Positions 48,409-57,059 of a stretch of DNA of 64,000 bases are shown here, piece after piece. The DNA lies in assembly GCA_964651815.1 (NCBI GenBank), contig CAZYWG010000002.1, positions 28,522-92,521 on the forward strand, given 5' to 3'. The DNA is from an uncultured Gammaproteobacteria bacterium. GTDB lineage: Bacteria > Patescibacteriota > Microgenomatia > Levybacterales > GWA1-39-11. Numbering within the stretch: position 1 is the stretch's first letter; each line of letters starts with the position of its first letter. The position numbers and the translations under genes are program-made. The notes under the pieces were generated by a model, which saw only the letters and a program-made list of their open reading frames with translations, was not told the DNA's origin and did no database searches.

Positions 48409-48966
48409 CTAAGAATTGCTATTTGCGAGGGTTTTTAATTTTTTAAAATCATCTATAAATACTTGTTTGAATTTTTGAAAACGTATTGCAGCTGCCGGAT
48501 GATAAGAGAAAAAATATTTTACTCCATTTCTTATAAGTATTTTTCCATGTTCTTTTGCAACAGGTATTTTCTCACCTAAAACACCACGCGCAGCAACGCT
48601 ACCCATTAAAACTACAATTTTGGGTTTTATTACAGCTAATTGTTTTGACAAATGTATCATTCCATGCAAAATGTCGCGCTCAGTTGGAGTTTTATATACC
48701 GGTAAATATTTAACTGGACTTGTTATGTAAACCTCGTCTTCTTTCAGTCCAATTGAGAGAATAGTTGAGCGTAATAATTTTCCAGACCTACCTACAAACG
48801 GTCTCCCGGTTGCTGCCTCCGTTTTCCCGGGAGCCTCGCCAATAAATATTATTTTGGCGTCCGGACTTCCTTCTCCTGGGACAGCCATTCCGATTTTGTC
48901 TTTTTTGCAAATTTCACAATTTTCAATTTCCTCTGCTATTTTCCTAAGTTGCGTTGCTTTATTCAT
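48409..48966 (-). CDS. Uracil-DNA glycosylase family 4
   Basis: C..C, VPGEG, FIGEAPG..E...GRPFVGRSG, YHPAA; start placed at MNKATQL. Confidence 0.9.
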   Translation of the reverse strand: MNKATQLRKIAEEIENCEICKKDKIGMAVPGEGSPDAKIIFIGEAPGKTEAATGRPFVGRSGKLLRSTILSIGLKEDEVYITSPVKYLPVYKTPTERDILHGMIHLSKQLAVIKPKIVVLMGSVAARGVLGEKIPVAKEHGKILIRNGVKYFFSYHPAAAIRFQKFKQVFIDDFKKLKTLANSNS

Positions 48967-49029
48967 AACAAAGATTATAACAAACATTATTATTGCCATT
49001 GCAATTGTAAAGATGTACACTACTCTCAG

Positions 49030-50181
49030 ATGCTTCAAGGTATATACATATCGGCATTAAATTTTCTAAGTCCTCAAACTCTTGAAGAAACTTATAAAAC
49101 TGCAGTCCGCGAAGCAACAAAAATTACACAATCAGATTACGGAACGCTTTATTTAAGATTAAATGGAGAGCTGACTCGTGTTTATACAAACTTTCCTAAA
49201 TTTAAGACCTTAGTTCCAAGAAAAACGGGTTTTACTCAGAAGTCATTCGAAACTAAAAAGTCATATGTTATAGCAAGTTCTAAACTAGCAAAAACTCACC
49301 CTGATCTTCTAGAGAAAGGTATTAAATCTCTTATCATAATTCCTTTAATACATCACAAAAAATCAATTGGAGTTCTTTCTTTGCAGGCCAAAAATACCAA
49401 ACATTTTACTAAGGAAAGAATTGATGCGCTCAGGGTATTTGGTTCACTTTTGAGTCTCGCGATTGAAAAAAATAGACTTTACTTGGATATGCAAAACGCC
49501 CTTAAAACTCGGGATCTTTTTATTTCTATGGCGGCACATGAATTGCGTACACCCACGACAACCATACAAGGCTATACACAAATGATGATAAAAAAGTACG
49601 CAAAAGGCGAGAAGTTACCACTCAAATGGATTGAAATTTTAAATTCTGAGACAATTAGGCTTAATAATTTGCTTAAGGAGCTTTTACAAATCGAGCAAAT
49701 AAAAACAGGTCAATTTAAGTACACCTGGAAAAAAAATAGCTTACTAGAAATAATTGATAGGGTTTTAGCATATTCAAAAGTAAGTCATCCGCACCATAAA
49801 GTAATTTTCAAAAATATGTTGAAAGGCCGTGACCATATGTACTATTGCGATTTTGACAAAATCATGCAAGTTTTGATAATTCTTGTTAACAATTCGGCAA
49901 AGTTTTCAAAAAATCACTCGACAATTGAGGTTGGCCTATCGGACAAGGATTCATTTTTTAATTTATGGGTAAAAGACTATGGCAGTGGAATAACAAAAGA
50001 CGATTTGTCTCATATTTTTGAGGGATTTTACAAAGGGAAAGACAATTCAAAGGATGGGTTTGGACTTGGTCTTTTTTTAGCCGAGAATATTGTTAGAAGA
50101 CACTATGGAACTATTTTCGCGACATCGAGTCCTGGCCGTGGAACAAAAATAGAAATGAAACTACCGATATTCAAAAAGTGA
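49030..50181 (+). CDS. Cytoplasmic GAF-domain sensor histidine kinase
   Basis: GAF-like N-terminus; AAHELRTP; NSAKF; DYGSGI; G.GLGL; start uncertain. Confidence 0.9.
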   Translation: MLQGIYISALNFLSPQTLEETYKTAVREATKITQSDYGTLYLRLNGELTRVYTNFPKFKTLVPRKTGFTQKSFETKKSYVIASSKLAKTHPDLLEKGIKSLIIIPLIHHKKSIGVLSLQAKNTKHFTKERIDALRVFGSLLSLAIEKNRLYLDMQNALKTRDLFISMAAHELRTPTTTIQGYTQMMIKKYAKGEKLPLKWIEILNSETIRLNNLLKELLQIEQIKTGQFKYTWKKNSLLEIIDRVLAYSKVSHPHHKVIFKNMLKGRDHMYYCDFDKIMQVLIILVNNSAKFSKNHSTIEVGLSDKDSFFNLWVKDYGSGITKDDLSHIFEGFYKGKDNSKDGFGLGLFLAENIVRRHYGTIFATSSPGRGTKIEMKLPIFKK

Positions 50182-50183
50182 AT

Positions 50184-50513
50184 TTATGAATCAGACTTTA
50201 TTTTTCTGATATCCTCAAGTAGTTCTTTCTTAACCAATCCGGCCGCTTTTATAATTTTTTCTTCCGCGTCAACTACTTTCTCATTTAAAAATTTCCAAAT
50301 TTTTTCGTGATTGAGGGTATTTATGTATGAAACAAATGCCTTTTTATCCTCAGACGTGAGCTCTGACAAAATTGTATCAAGTATTACTTGATGTAAGTGC
50401 GACTCTGCTAAATCTTTTAAATGACTTTTCTCGGTATCTGACATGTGAAGTGAATCAATTTCTAACTCAATTGACTCCATCTCAATTTTAAAGCTATAAA
50501 AATGTTTAATCAT
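50184..50513 (-). CDS. Hypothetical protein
   Basis: Helical 109-aa ORF overlapping the upstream stop. Confidence 0.65.
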   Translation of the reverse strand: MIKHFYSFKIEMESIELEIDSLHMSDTEKSHLKDLAESHLHQVILDTILSELTSEDKKAFVSYINTLNHEKIWKFLNEKVVDAEEKIIKAAGLVKKELLEDIRKIKSDS

Positions 50514-51385
50514 TTAATCTCAACAGGGCCTAGTGGTATTTTATCACCCGGATCATCAATAAAAAAATAAAGGACTGGCCCTTTTTGTTGTCCATCTTTT
50601 CTTTCAAGATATGTCATAACCTCAGGCGAACCACCAAGTTGTTTTCCTGTTGACTCACCGGGCCCCGCATCCCCAATTACCGCAACTACTGCTTTTCCAT
50701 TTTCCGGATTAACAACAAGCATTTTGCGGTATTTAAAAAATGAAATATATTCTCCAGTATGCTCGGCAAACCCGGGTGCCAGAAAAGTCTGAGTCGCAAT
50801 ATAATATTTTTCTCGCTCTATATCTTTTTGGGTAAGTGCTTCTTTTGATGGAGCAAAATACCCCCATGCTCCTAATCCCGGCGCCATTCCCGAATTATAA
50901 GTTTGCGAGGAATCCGAATCTTCAAAGTGAGTTTCAATATTGTCTCCTGGATACAACATTAAATGCTGCTCAGCCCCTACGTATCCATAGGAGCGATTTA
51001 AGCGAATTCCGCTAAGCTCGGGAACTATTTTAAATCCAAAATCCCTTGATAATATCCCTGAGATAGAACTTTCCTCATCAGGAGTTAAAGCGCGGACTTC
51101 TTTTGGGAGAAAAGATGAAAGATCAGAAACTAAAAAAACATTCTTTTCTACAGGAAGTCTTTGTTCTTCAACGGCAGGCAATGTGTTTGGTTGAAGATAT
51201 CCCGCGACAGGACTTGAAAGAAGCATGAGTGCAGAAACAGAACCAATTGCAAAATTTTTTGTCCCGTTTACAAAATCTTCAACTATGTCTCCGTGCTTTT
51301 CCCAAAACGCAGTTTGAAATTCTCTGTGTTTTGAAACCCACTTCTTTGAAAGTTTTTCGTAAGAACCCGAATTTTTATTATCCAT
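50510..51385 (-). CDS. Hypothetical protein with RlpA/DPBB-like C-terminal motif
   Basis: LVVNPENGKAVVAVIGDAGP resembles the double-psi beta-barrel core; start uncertain. Confidence 0.6.
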   Translation of the reverse strand: MDNKNSGSYEKLSKKWVSKHREFQTAFWEKHGDIVEDFVNGTKNFAIGSVSALMLLSSPVAGYLQPNTLPAVEEQRLPVEKNVFLVSDLSSFLPKEVRALTPDEESSISGILSRDFGFKIVPELSGIRLNRSYGYVGAEQHLMLYPGDNIETHFEDSDSSQTYNSGMAPGLGAWGYFAPSKEALTQKDIEREKYYIATQTFLAPGFAEHTGEYISFFKYRKMLVVNPENGKAVVAVIGDAGPGESTGKQLGGSPEVMTYLERKDGQQKGPVLYFFIDDPGDKIPLGPVEIK

Positions 51386-51452
51386 TACATTAATAATACC
51401 AAAAAAATCAGGCAGTATTGAAGCAATGAGGAAAAACCAGTATACTACCTCT

Positions 51453-51761
51453 ATGGCAAGCATTACTCAAACCTGCTCCAATTGTGGAAAACAATTTCTC
51501 ATAATTGACTCCGAACAAAAATTTCTGCGTGAAAAAAACCTACCTGATCCCGTTAAGTGTTACTCTTGTAGACAAGCAAGAAGAATGGCTCTGAGGAGTG
51601 AACAGAATCTATATAAAACTACGTGTCAAAAATGCGGAAAACAAATAATTGTCGCTTTTGATCCTCAAAAAACTCAAAATGCAATTTATTGCAAAGAGGA
51701 CTTTGATAAGTATTTCATGGAGAATGATCCTATAATTTCCGATCCACTTCCGGAAACTTAA
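51453..51761 (+). CDS. Zinc-ribbon protein (CxxC motifs)
   Basis: CSNC..F.I...EQ.F, P..CYSCR..RR, CQKC, IYC; ATG 6 nt after TATACT. Confidence 0.8.
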   Translation: MASITQTCSNCGKQFLIIDSEQKFLREKNLPDPVKCYSCRQARRMALRSEQNLYKTTCQKCGKQIIVAFDPQKTQNAIYCKEDFDKYFMENDPIISDPLPET

Positions 51762-51762
51762 A

Positions 51763-52683
51763 ATGACATCTGAAGCATTTTTTATAGAACTACAAAGGCT
51801 GATATCTTCACACCCAAAGAGGAATTCGCATAACGTAAATTCTGAAGACTGCGATTATGGAGATCAACTTTATTTTTGCAAAAATATGCTCTACTGTTTT
51901 GATTCCGTGCGCTCTGCGGATTGTATATATGGTACAGACATCCATAATTCTGTCAAATGTGTCGATTGCGACTATATGGATAAATCCGAACTTTCATATG
52001 AATGTGTAGACAGTCGCAGTTGTTTCAATTCAAATTACTTGGAGTATTGTTCAAATCTGACCGATTCATCATATTGCTATGACTGCCATAACTGCAGCAA
52101 TACTTTCGGATGTGTTGATCTTAGAAACAAGTCATTTTGCATATTCAATAGACAGCTTTCTGAAGAGGAATATAAGAAAACAATTGAAAAATACAAAATA
52201 TTGTCTACGGAAAAAGTACTTTCTATGGTTGAGGAGCTTAAAAAAAAATATCCCCTAACTCAGACCCGAGGTTTAAACAATGTAAACTCGCCTTATGGGA
52301 ACAATACGGACGACAGCCGTGATAGCTACTTATGTTTTGATTCAAATTCGCTTGAGAATTGCGGTTACTTATATGATTGCGGCGAAAGCAAATATAGCTA
52401 TGATGGAACCTTCTCAAGTGATCTGGAACTTTCTTACGAATCTATAGATTCGGGAGTTTTATTTAACTGCAATTATTCTTTGTGGTCGGGAAATTCTCTA
52501 GACAGTAACTATATCGTTTCGTGTGTCGATGTTAAAAATTGTCTCGGTTGTGTTAACCTTGGACATAAAGAGTATTGTATTTTGAATAGGCAATTTACGA
52601 AAGAGGAATACGAAAAAATTGCGCCGGTCATCTTAAAAGAATTGGTCGAAAAAAATTTGGGTTGGGGAAATTTAATATTCTAA
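51763..52683 (+). CDS. Cys-rich repeat protein (probable beta-helix), two-fold internally repeated
   Basis: Two modules ending FGCV.L..K.FCI.NRQ.S.EEY / LGCVNL..KEYCILNRQF.KEEY. Confidence 0.8.
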   Translation: MTSEAFFIELQRLISSHPKRNSHNVNSEDCDYGDQLYFCKNMLYCFDSVRSADCIYGTDIHNSVKCVDCDYMDKSELSYECVDSRSCFNSNYLEYCSNLTDSSYCYDCHNCSNTFGCVDLRNKSFCIFNRQLSEEEYKKTIEKYKILSTEKVLSMVEELKKKYPLTQTRGLNNVNSPYGNNTDDSRDSYLCFDSNSLENCGYLYDCGESKYSYDGTFSSDLELSYESIDSGVLFNCNYSLWSGNSLDSNYIVSCVDVKNCLGCVNLGHKEYCILNRQFTKEEYEKIAPVILKELVEKNLGWGNLIF

Positions 52684-54989
52684 ATTATTGGCTCGGGAAA
52701 ATCAGTATCAGTATTAGTCATTAATTTCTCTGCCGAACTACTCCAATTTTTAATTTCGTTTTCAACAGCTGTTTTGTTACTACCGTATTTTACTCTTGAA
52801 TTGTCAATAATTTCCCTTGAATAATCAATTCCGGGTTTTGGGACATTAATGGTTTTGGCAGAAAAAGGTGGCGTAAGCTTGCCATCAACAGACATTTTAA
52901 TGTACATTTCGCGGGTGTTAAGATTAATCATATCATCCGCAGAAAATGTGGGAGCAAATTCGTGGGATAGATATGCCGCATCATCTCCTCCAACTGCAAA
53001 TGAAATAATTGTACCTACATTCCCAAAAGCCGTTGCTTTTACATCATCTGGAAGTTGTGCAATATATTGATGTGCAATTGTTAAATCAAGATGATATTTA
53101 CGGGCTTCTGATAAAATAGAAGAAAATGCGTCTGTCGCAAAGTTTTGGAACTCATCAACATAAAAATAAAAATCGCGCCTCTCTTCTTCTCTGACTTTTG
53201 CTCGGGCAAGAGCCGCCTGCTGAATTTTTGTTATAAACATAGATCCCAAAAATGCGGCATTCTCATCGCCCACTTTACCTTTTGAAATATTCAATAAAAC
53301 GATTTTCCCTTCATCCATAAATTTCCCAAAATCAAGGACGTTTTTCCCTTGTCCAACCATATTTCTTATTGTGGGATTGGAAACAAACTGGCCAACCTTG
53401 TTTAGAATCGGAATAACCGCGTCATTTGAAAAACGCTCGTTCCATGATGAAAATTCATTAACCCAAAAACTTTTTACAACAGGATCCTGGATTTGTTTAA
53501 TAACCCGTTGGCGATATGTTGTGTCGGAAAGAATTCTTGGAATGCCTAAAACATTCGAGTCGGGTGTTTCGAGCAGAGCAAGCGTTATAAATCTGATTAT
53601 ATGTTCCATCCTGGAATTCCAATTAGATTCAAATTGCTTTTTGAATATTGCTATGAAAAAAGTTGCTAAATGTTGTCTCATCTCAGGGTCGCGAACCGGT
53701 TCAAGCGGATTAAATGCAATGGGAAAATCCCTGTCTGCTGGGTTTACATAAACAACATCCTTTATTCTTTTTTGGGGGACATATTTTAAAAGCTCTTGTG
53801 CTAAGTCTCCGTGCGGGTCCAGAATGCAACAGCCTTCTCCACCTTGAATATCCGCAATCAAAAGTAATTGCATTAACCGGCTTTTTCCGCTTCCAGTTTT
53901 CCCAACAACATATAAATGACGCCTTCTGTCAATTCTTTTTAAGCCGAATCTTTTGCCTTCATTTCTGTAATTTGTTTCTCCAAAAATTGAAATTTCATTT
54001 TCCTTGACGCTTCCTTCACGGGGTAAAATATCTGGTGCCGGCGCTCGCTTTGAGGTAGTATTCACAACGTTTGAAACTACAGTTCCTTTGTATGGAAAAT
54101 GATAAACGGTTGCTATCTCCGGAATTGACCAAAGATCCCCATTTTCAAAAATTCGCGCCGAGTATGCATTAGCCAAACCTTCACTAATCCTCCCTTTTTT
54201 GAATTCGTTGCCGTGGCTTTTTAACGCTTTATATAAATTTGCAATTGTCGTAAGTTTGGATTTGGCACTCGTGTGGTCCGGAGCAGAATAAGCAATCCTT
54301 AGTTTTCCAAAAAAAACATCACCATCAAATTTTGTGGCCTCGCGCGTTTCGTCCGTGGAACGACCCGAAAGTCTATACACGAACCCAGTTATACCCCGCT
54401 CCCAGAATTTTGAACCGGTGCGCTTTAGACACAATTGAACATAAACCTTTTCGTTCATTGCAGTTTTTGATAAGACAGCAGAAAGATTTTTGAGTAAATC
54501 TTCTTGAATGTTGCGCCAAGTAATAAGCGAATTAACGCTGGATTTTTTAAAACCGAGTTCTATAACAATTGGATGGTCGTTTGAAGAAAAATAATCTTTT
54601 GTTTCCTCAAGCTCCGCTTCTGGAAATTGTGCATAAAGCTGAGATTCAATTATGTTTTTAAAGTGTTTTGGAATAACTATATAAAAAGTCATGAATTGCT
54701 CATTTGATACCATTTCTAGACTTAAATGAGTACCTGATGGAAGAAGTCTGTGAATAGACTTAAGAAAAGCTTCCATTGCTTCCTCTTTTTGTTCGTTGTT
54801 TGAAGGAATTTTTATTCTCAGAAAAACATTCGCCCGCTCCTCAAGTTTTTTAGAAAGCATTTGTTGGAAAAGCAATTTCTTGACTATTTTCCAGACAAAA
54901 AATGCGACAATTGGAGTACTCACGACAACAAAAAGGAGTTCGACGAGCAAAATAATTCCGTTTATTAGAAAGTCAATAACACCTTGCAT
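52680..54989 (-). CDS. VirD4/TraG/HerA-like P-loop ATPase with N-terminal TM
   Basis: RRRHLYVVGKTGSGKS, DPHGD, YVDEFQNF, SEARKY, AHQY..QL. Confidence 0.88.
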   Translation of the reverse strand: MQGVIDFLINGIILLVELLFVVVSTPIVAFFVWKIVKKLLFQQMLSKKLEERANVFLRIKIPSNNEQKEEAMEAFLKSIHRLLPSGTHLSLEMVSNEQFMTFYIVIPKHFKNIIESQLYAQFPEAELEETKDYFSSNDHPIVIELGFKKSSVNSLITWRNIQEDLLKNLSAVLSKTAMNEKVYVQLCLKRTGSKFWERGITGFVYRLSGRSTDETREATKFDGDVFFGKLRIAYSAPDHTSAKSKLTTIANLYKALKSHGNEFKKGRISEGLANAYSARIFENGDLWSIPEIATVYHFPYKGTVVSNVVNTTSKRAPAPDILPREGSVKENEISIFGETNYRNEGKRFGLKRIDRRRHLYVVGKTGSGKSRLMQLLLIADIQGGEGCCILDPHGDLAQELLKYVPQKRIKDVVYVNPADRDFPIAFNPLEPVRDPEMRQHLATFFIAIFKKQFESNWNSRMEHIIRFITLALLETPDSNVLGIPRILSDTTYRQRVIKQIQDPVVKSFWVNEFSSWNERFSNDAVIPILNKVGQFVSNPTIRNMVGQGKNVLDFGKFMDEGKIVLLNISKGKVGDENAAFLGSMFITKIQQAALARAKVREEERRDFYFYVDEFQNFATDAFSSILSEARKYHLDLTIAHQYIAQLPDDVKATAFGNVGTIISFAVGGDDAAYLSHEFAPTFSADDMINLNTREMYIKMSVDGKLTPPFSAKTINVPKPGIDYSREIIDNSRVKYGSNKTAVENEIKNWSSSAEKLMTNTDTDFPEPII

Positions 54990-55019
54990 ATGAGTAGTAT
55001 ACTATGTTTTAGTGGTGAG

Positions 55020-55835
55020 TTAAACGAGGGCAAGTCCGCCGTAAAGGCCAGCTTCACCGAGTTCGGATTTTGCAATTTTTGGTAAATCAAAAGGTATAAT
55101 TTTCTTCAACTCTTCATTTAATGACCCTATAAAATAATCAAACTGGTTTGAAACCCCTCCTCCAAGAATTATCACTTCAGGAGACCATAATGCAGTAACA
55201 TTTGCTATGCCGGGTGCAAGATATACGCTTCCATATTCCTTCCAAATTGCCTGATCATGACAATCCTCCCCAGCAACACCAAAGATTTTACGAAACGCGC
55301 TCCCCGACGCGTAAGATTCAAAACATCCATACTGCCCGCAATTCCAAATTTCTGTTTCTTTAAAATTTATAATCTGATGCCCGGGCTCAAAGCCTACATG
55401 GCTCTCAACAATTTTACGCTCCACTACTAAACCCCCACCTATACCAGTACTCAGCGTTATAAATCCAACCGTCTTATAGTCTCGCCCGGCCCCAAAAGCC
55501 GCTTCTCCAAGCGTTGCCATGCTTGCATCATTTTCTATTACAAATTTTGCGTTGGGAAATTTTTTACCCAGCCACCCTGAAAAACTTTCACCCTTCCAGT
55601 TTTGACGATGTCCCCACCAGGCTAATGCCGATTTTTCCCTGTCTATAACACCCGCTGCTGCAATAGAAAACTGTTCAACTTCTGCGCTATAAGACATGAG
55701 ACTTTCCGCAATTTTGTTGATTAAATCGGAAAACTGCTGAGGAGTACTAAACTTCTTGATGTCTAAGAACGTCTTTCTGTCTTCCGAAACTCCAACTCTA
55801 ACAAATGTCCCACCTATATCTATACAAGCAATCAT
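55020..55835 (-). CDS. ROK-family sugar kinase
   Basis: DIGGT, ENDA, TGIGGG, E.GH, CG..GC.E.YASG. Confidence 0.9.
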   Translation of the reverse strand: MIACIDIGGTFVRVGVSEDRKTFLDIKKFSTPQQFSDLINKIAESLMSYSAEVEQFSIAAAGVIDREKSALAWWGHRQNWKGESFSGWLGKKFPNAKFVIENDASMATLGEAAFGAGRDYKTVGFITLSTGIGGGLVVERKIVESHVGFEPGHQIINFKETEIWNCGQYGCFESYASGSAFRKIFGVAGEDCHDQAIWKEYGSVYLAPGIANVTALWSPEVIILGGGVSNQFDYFIGSLNEELKKIIPFDLPKIAKSELGEAGLYGGLALV

Positions 55836-55855
55836 AATTTGATTATATATTAAAA

Positions 55856-56500
55856 CTAACTATTAAATAATGACTTTATTATTGCAAATGCACGCTCAAC
55901 TTCCCTATCTTCTAAAATTAGTGTTAGTTCGTGAAGAGTCGAAACTACCTCCAGAATGTTGACACCTTCCCACGCAAGGGATTTTAAGAAAAAGTAATAG
56001 ATTCCAGAATTATTTAATGCTTCACCGGGTAAATAAACCGTAAGAGTGGAAATATTTTTCAGATTTATCTGAGGATTTTTACTTTCAATTGTCGCTTTTT
56101 CCTGGTCAAATAAATCTTGGCTTAAAATAAACGACGTTTCGTGTATTCCCTGATTCTTTAAATATAATGAACGTGAAGTAGAATCCCGTGACAAAAGAAC
56201 GGATAAACCCGCAGTTTCATTATTTGGAAGAACGAAAAAAATAAGATTAGAACGAACCGCAATCTCAGGTGCACTTTTAAACACGCTTTGCTGCTGGTAT
56301 TTTGGTTTAAATTCAGACTCGAGCCTGTTGAGCGCCATAACAATTGATGCAACAGAAATTTTTTTGATGAGCATTTGTTCCAGCTCCGGCTTTATATAAC
56401 GCGCAAGTGAAGAATAATTTATAAGACCCTTAGATATCGCTTCCGACAAGTAACGCGAGCGCTCAACAATTTTTTTTGTAGCTTCTGGTACAGTTATCAT
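55856..56500 (-). CDS. ACT-like regulatory-domain protein
   Basis: INYSSLAR N-terminus; C-terminal G.Y....LA..GVNILEVVST..E ACT-like; start MITVP lies downstream of the REP element. Confidence 0.65.
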   Translation of the reverse strand: MITVPEATKKIVERSRYLSEAISKGLINYSSLARYIKPELEQMLIKKISVASIVMALNRLESEFKPKYQQQSVFKSAPEIAVRSNLIFFVLPNNETAGLSVLLSRDSTSRSLYLKNQGIHETSFILSQDLFDQEKATIESKNPQINLKNISTLTVYLPGEALNNSGIYYFFLKSLAWEGVNILEVVSTLHELTLILEDREVERAFAIIKSLFNS

Positions 56501-56509
56501 AAATTCAAT

Positions 56510-56543
56510 GTCATTGCGAGGAACGAAGTTACGAAGCAATCTC
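56510..56543 (+). repeat. REP/RPE-like palindromic element
   Basis: GTCATTGCGAGGAACGAAGTTACGAAGCAATCTC, with ATTGC/GCAAT inverted ends. Confidence 0.7.
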
Positions 56544-56685
56544 TTGCAAGAAATTGCAGATACCTCCACAATGCTAATACATGTTTAAATTTTAACACAA
56601 TAAAGTAAAATGTAAACTTTTCTATAAAATTTGACGATTGTGTTTTAATGCCTTACGATTACTCTTGTGAAAGGAGGTATAAAAA

Positions 56686-57003
56686 ATGTTTAAAGGAGAA
56701 AGACCAAGCTTAGACCCAGACTACGGAAATTATATTGGAAACATGGTCAAATTAGAATCAACAAGGGTTGTAAATAAACAACCCATTGTAAAACAAACGC
56801 TAGCGCTGGTTCGCAATCCCGAACCGGATCAAATAAATGGACTTGACGGAGATGGATTTGTTGATAGACGATTCAATCCCTATGCTGAACCCAAAAGAGC
56901 TTTTGATGAAGAGGCAAAGGCTAGAGCGGAAAGCGAGGGAATGGTAGCAAGAAATGTTCAAAGACGAATACCCCGCGGCCAAGCTGTTAGAGTAAGCAGG
57001 TAG
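56686..57003 (+). CDS. Hypothetical protein
   Basis: Perfect SD AAAGGAGGT upstream of ATG; no recognisable motif. Confidence 0.65.
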   Translation: MFKGERPSLDPDYGNYIGNMVKLESTRVVNKQPIVKQTLALVRNPEPDQINGLDGDGFVDRRFNPYAEPKRAFDEEAKARAESEGMVARNVQRRIPRGQAVRVSR

Positions 57004-57019
57004 CCAGGTAGGTAAACCA

Positions 57020-57048
57020 TTGACATTAATCTTTTGCTGTAATATAAA
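57020..57048 (+). promoter_or_regulatory. Sigma70-type promoter of purH
   Basis: TTGACA-17 bp-TATAAA. Confidence 0.65.
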
Positions 57049-57059
57049 GGATTGTCCAC

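Noticed and set aside
48949-49038. Overlapping N-terminal extensions of UDG and the histidine kinase
   Set aside because: Mutually overlapping and non-homologous; starts at 48966 and ~49030 leave a normal divergent promoter gap.
56501-56569. N-terminal extension of the ACT-like gene
   Set aside because: It is a translation of the REP-like element; MITVP at 56500 is the more plausible start.
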